Positions 61,949-64,000 of a stretch of 64,000 nucleotides of DNA are shown in pieces (the first letter of the stretch is position 1; each line of letters begins with the position of its first letter). The notes beneath the pieces were generated by a model, which searched no databases, was not told where the DNA came from, and was given only the letters and a program-made list of their open reading frames with translations. The position numbers and the translations under genes were made by a program. The stretch is from Balanoglossus misakiensis (taxonomy: Eukaryota; Animalia; Hemichordata): the NCBI GenBank assembly GCA_040954595.2, contig CM082576.2, positions 15,609,028 to 15,673,027 on the forward strand. Reading direction: 5' to 3'.

Positions 61949-64000
61949 CATTTCCAGATACACCACCCACAAATTATTGTTTTCGCGCATTTTTAGTTGC
62001 TGCCCCAACGCCGCAGAACGATCTATTGTCACTGTGCTGGACTACTCAATTACACTGGCATACATTTCAAAGCAAAATCAGTTCGTTGACAAGATAATCA
62101 ATTACTCGAGCCACATGAACTAAAAAATATGTAATCTGATACCAGTAGTTGGACGCTATATATGGCTTTTATTTGTTGATATACAGACTTGCAAAATAAA
62201 TGACGACACACTCGGTTTCAAAAATTGACAGTCCGTGAAAGTGAAAGAGTATTATTTACTAAATAGTTTGAATAGCATCGTTTAGTAAAATGAATAAAGT
62301 CGCCAAGTTCTTTTGCGCAATGAACGCAACGGGAGGTAGTCTTGACTCGTGTCGAAGCAAAAGTACATGTCTGACGCATCAGAATTCCGCGAATACTCCG
62401 ACTGAATGAGCGATAGCCAAATTAAAACAAGTGTAGTCGTGCTGGGAATGAACAGTGGTAGACTGTTAAACTCTGAACACCATTCTGAAGTGTATATATT
62501 CTCATAATAGAACTTTGACATCAAATACAGCCTTTCGGTGACGTCATTGAAAATTCGCATTGACTTACAAATTTCTATTAATACCTGGCGCTTTAATTAT
62601 TGAAATTTAGTGTAATTTGCAATTGGAACATTTTAAATGGTAATATTGCTGGTATTAATGACTAACAAACGAAACATTCTTCGTGGTATAATTGCAACTT
62701 CATAATCCAGTTGGCATTCACCTTTCTTGTGTATTATGACCATGACATCCTTTTGACATAGCAAAGTACATGCAGAGCATGTTTTGAACCGGCAACTTTA
62801 AAAGCTCAGGAGTGCCGGCATAGCGCCAAAAGCAACAGCGCTGAAACGTTTTCTGTTCACGTTGGCCAAGTACAAATCAAACAGACTGTACTTTGATCCA
62901 GAAAAAATGTAACCGATATTTTACCTTCAAACTGACTTCCGTTCTGCGAATGAGTTCTCTTCCGTGTCTTGAGGCCCAAATAGTTCAGAGACCAGCCTGA
63001 GAGTCTACTAGAATCTGTACAGTTTATACACAGCTTCAGGCCGGGGTCGAAGAAATTCGACAAGTCGGGTTTAGAATTGCTGCTACTCGAATACCACTTC
63101 AGAAAGACAATATTATTCTCTGATTTGTTGAGCCCTTAGGCGAGGATGTTTAACGTGAACTGCTTAACGTTGTTGTTGAGAACTGTGTTCAACGATTAGA
63201 TTCCAAATAAACAGAGCAATATGATTGGCTGCTGGACCCATCGCTTTATCTGCTCCAATAATTTCAGCTATTTTTTATGTTGCTCAATTTCCCAAGTTGG
63301 TTGGACCACCGTTCCTGTGTTTTCCAAAACCTTGACTGGTCAGAGTTCTTTAGATATCTGTATCGCTGTATGTCACCTTGAGGCTAAACAAGCTATTTTA
63401 TCAGTGAAACCAATTTTCGTTTCTCTTCCCCTCATCTATAACCACAGACAGCTAAAACCTTCCACTGTCATGACTGTGGCTTTTTCAGATCCTTACTTTT
63501 GTATCGTAACGCTGGAGACAGAATTGTTATCCACGCCAGTTCGTCAAAGGTTTGACCCCTGGATAATCTAAGAATAGAGTAATCGTGATCATGGCAAGGC
63601 CCAAAGTAGTTGTTTTGTATGCGTGTTTAAATAAGCTTAAGTGTATACCAGTATAGACACCTACTTGTATCTGCCAGATTATATTATACCAGTACATTGA
63701 TGGTGAAGATAGAGCGATCTAGTTGGTTGATGCGCGAAAATATCAGTACTATCTTCGCGATATACAATGGTTGGAACTTAGTCATACTTTTGGCATAAAT
63801 CATTTTTGTAAACGTTTTGTGCTAAATTTCAATATGCTAGAAATGTAATGGCAATAAAACACCTCCATGTATTGGAATACCACTCGCTTTTGACGACCAG
63901 TTAACTTCATATACGCACTCGCTTTCGTTTGTGCGTGCATGTCGCAAACTTGTCAAAATCTCGTGAGATACCATCACGCGGATGGTTTAGTGACTAAATA

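Noticed and set aside
62282-63571. ORFs near the window end as exons of a further gene
   Set aside because: No recognisable domains or consistent splice chain. At most a heavily decayed relic.

Overview
Eukaryotic, intron-rich animal genomic DNA. Gene content suggests an invertebrate deuterostome, possibly a hemichordate (inference only). I assembled three intact protein-coding genes by hand, with consistent splice phases. (1) On +, 96-8825: a 13-exon, ~640-aa gene encoding a signal peptide, two C-type lectin-like domains and a PKD1L/REJ-type GAIN/GPS domain. It stops 10 residues after the HL|T autoproteolysis site and has no transmembrane segment. (2) On +, 14863-16149: a single-coding-exon rhodopsin-class peptide-receptor-like GPCR. 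(3) On -, CDS 27248-39989: a complete subgroup-A thrombospondin (LamG, coiled coil, vWC, 3xTSR, 3xEGF, type 3 repeats, L-lectin), ~1166 aa, 20 coding exons plus 2 UTR exons. Between genes 1 and 2 lies an inverted, decayed paralogue of gene 1 and a Gypsy gag fragment. The GPCR-thrombospondin spacer holds Harbinger-like, Kolobok-like and IS3EU-like non-autonomous DNA transposons with visible TIRs and TSDs. The last ~24 kb is an apparently gene-free region upstream of thrombospondin, rich in CRE, NF-kB, TEAD and ETS-like motifs and small palindromic MITEs. The most unusual item is the membrane-less 'lectin-GAIN-Stachel' protein beside an orphan GPCR. All homology calls come from motif recognition, not database searches.
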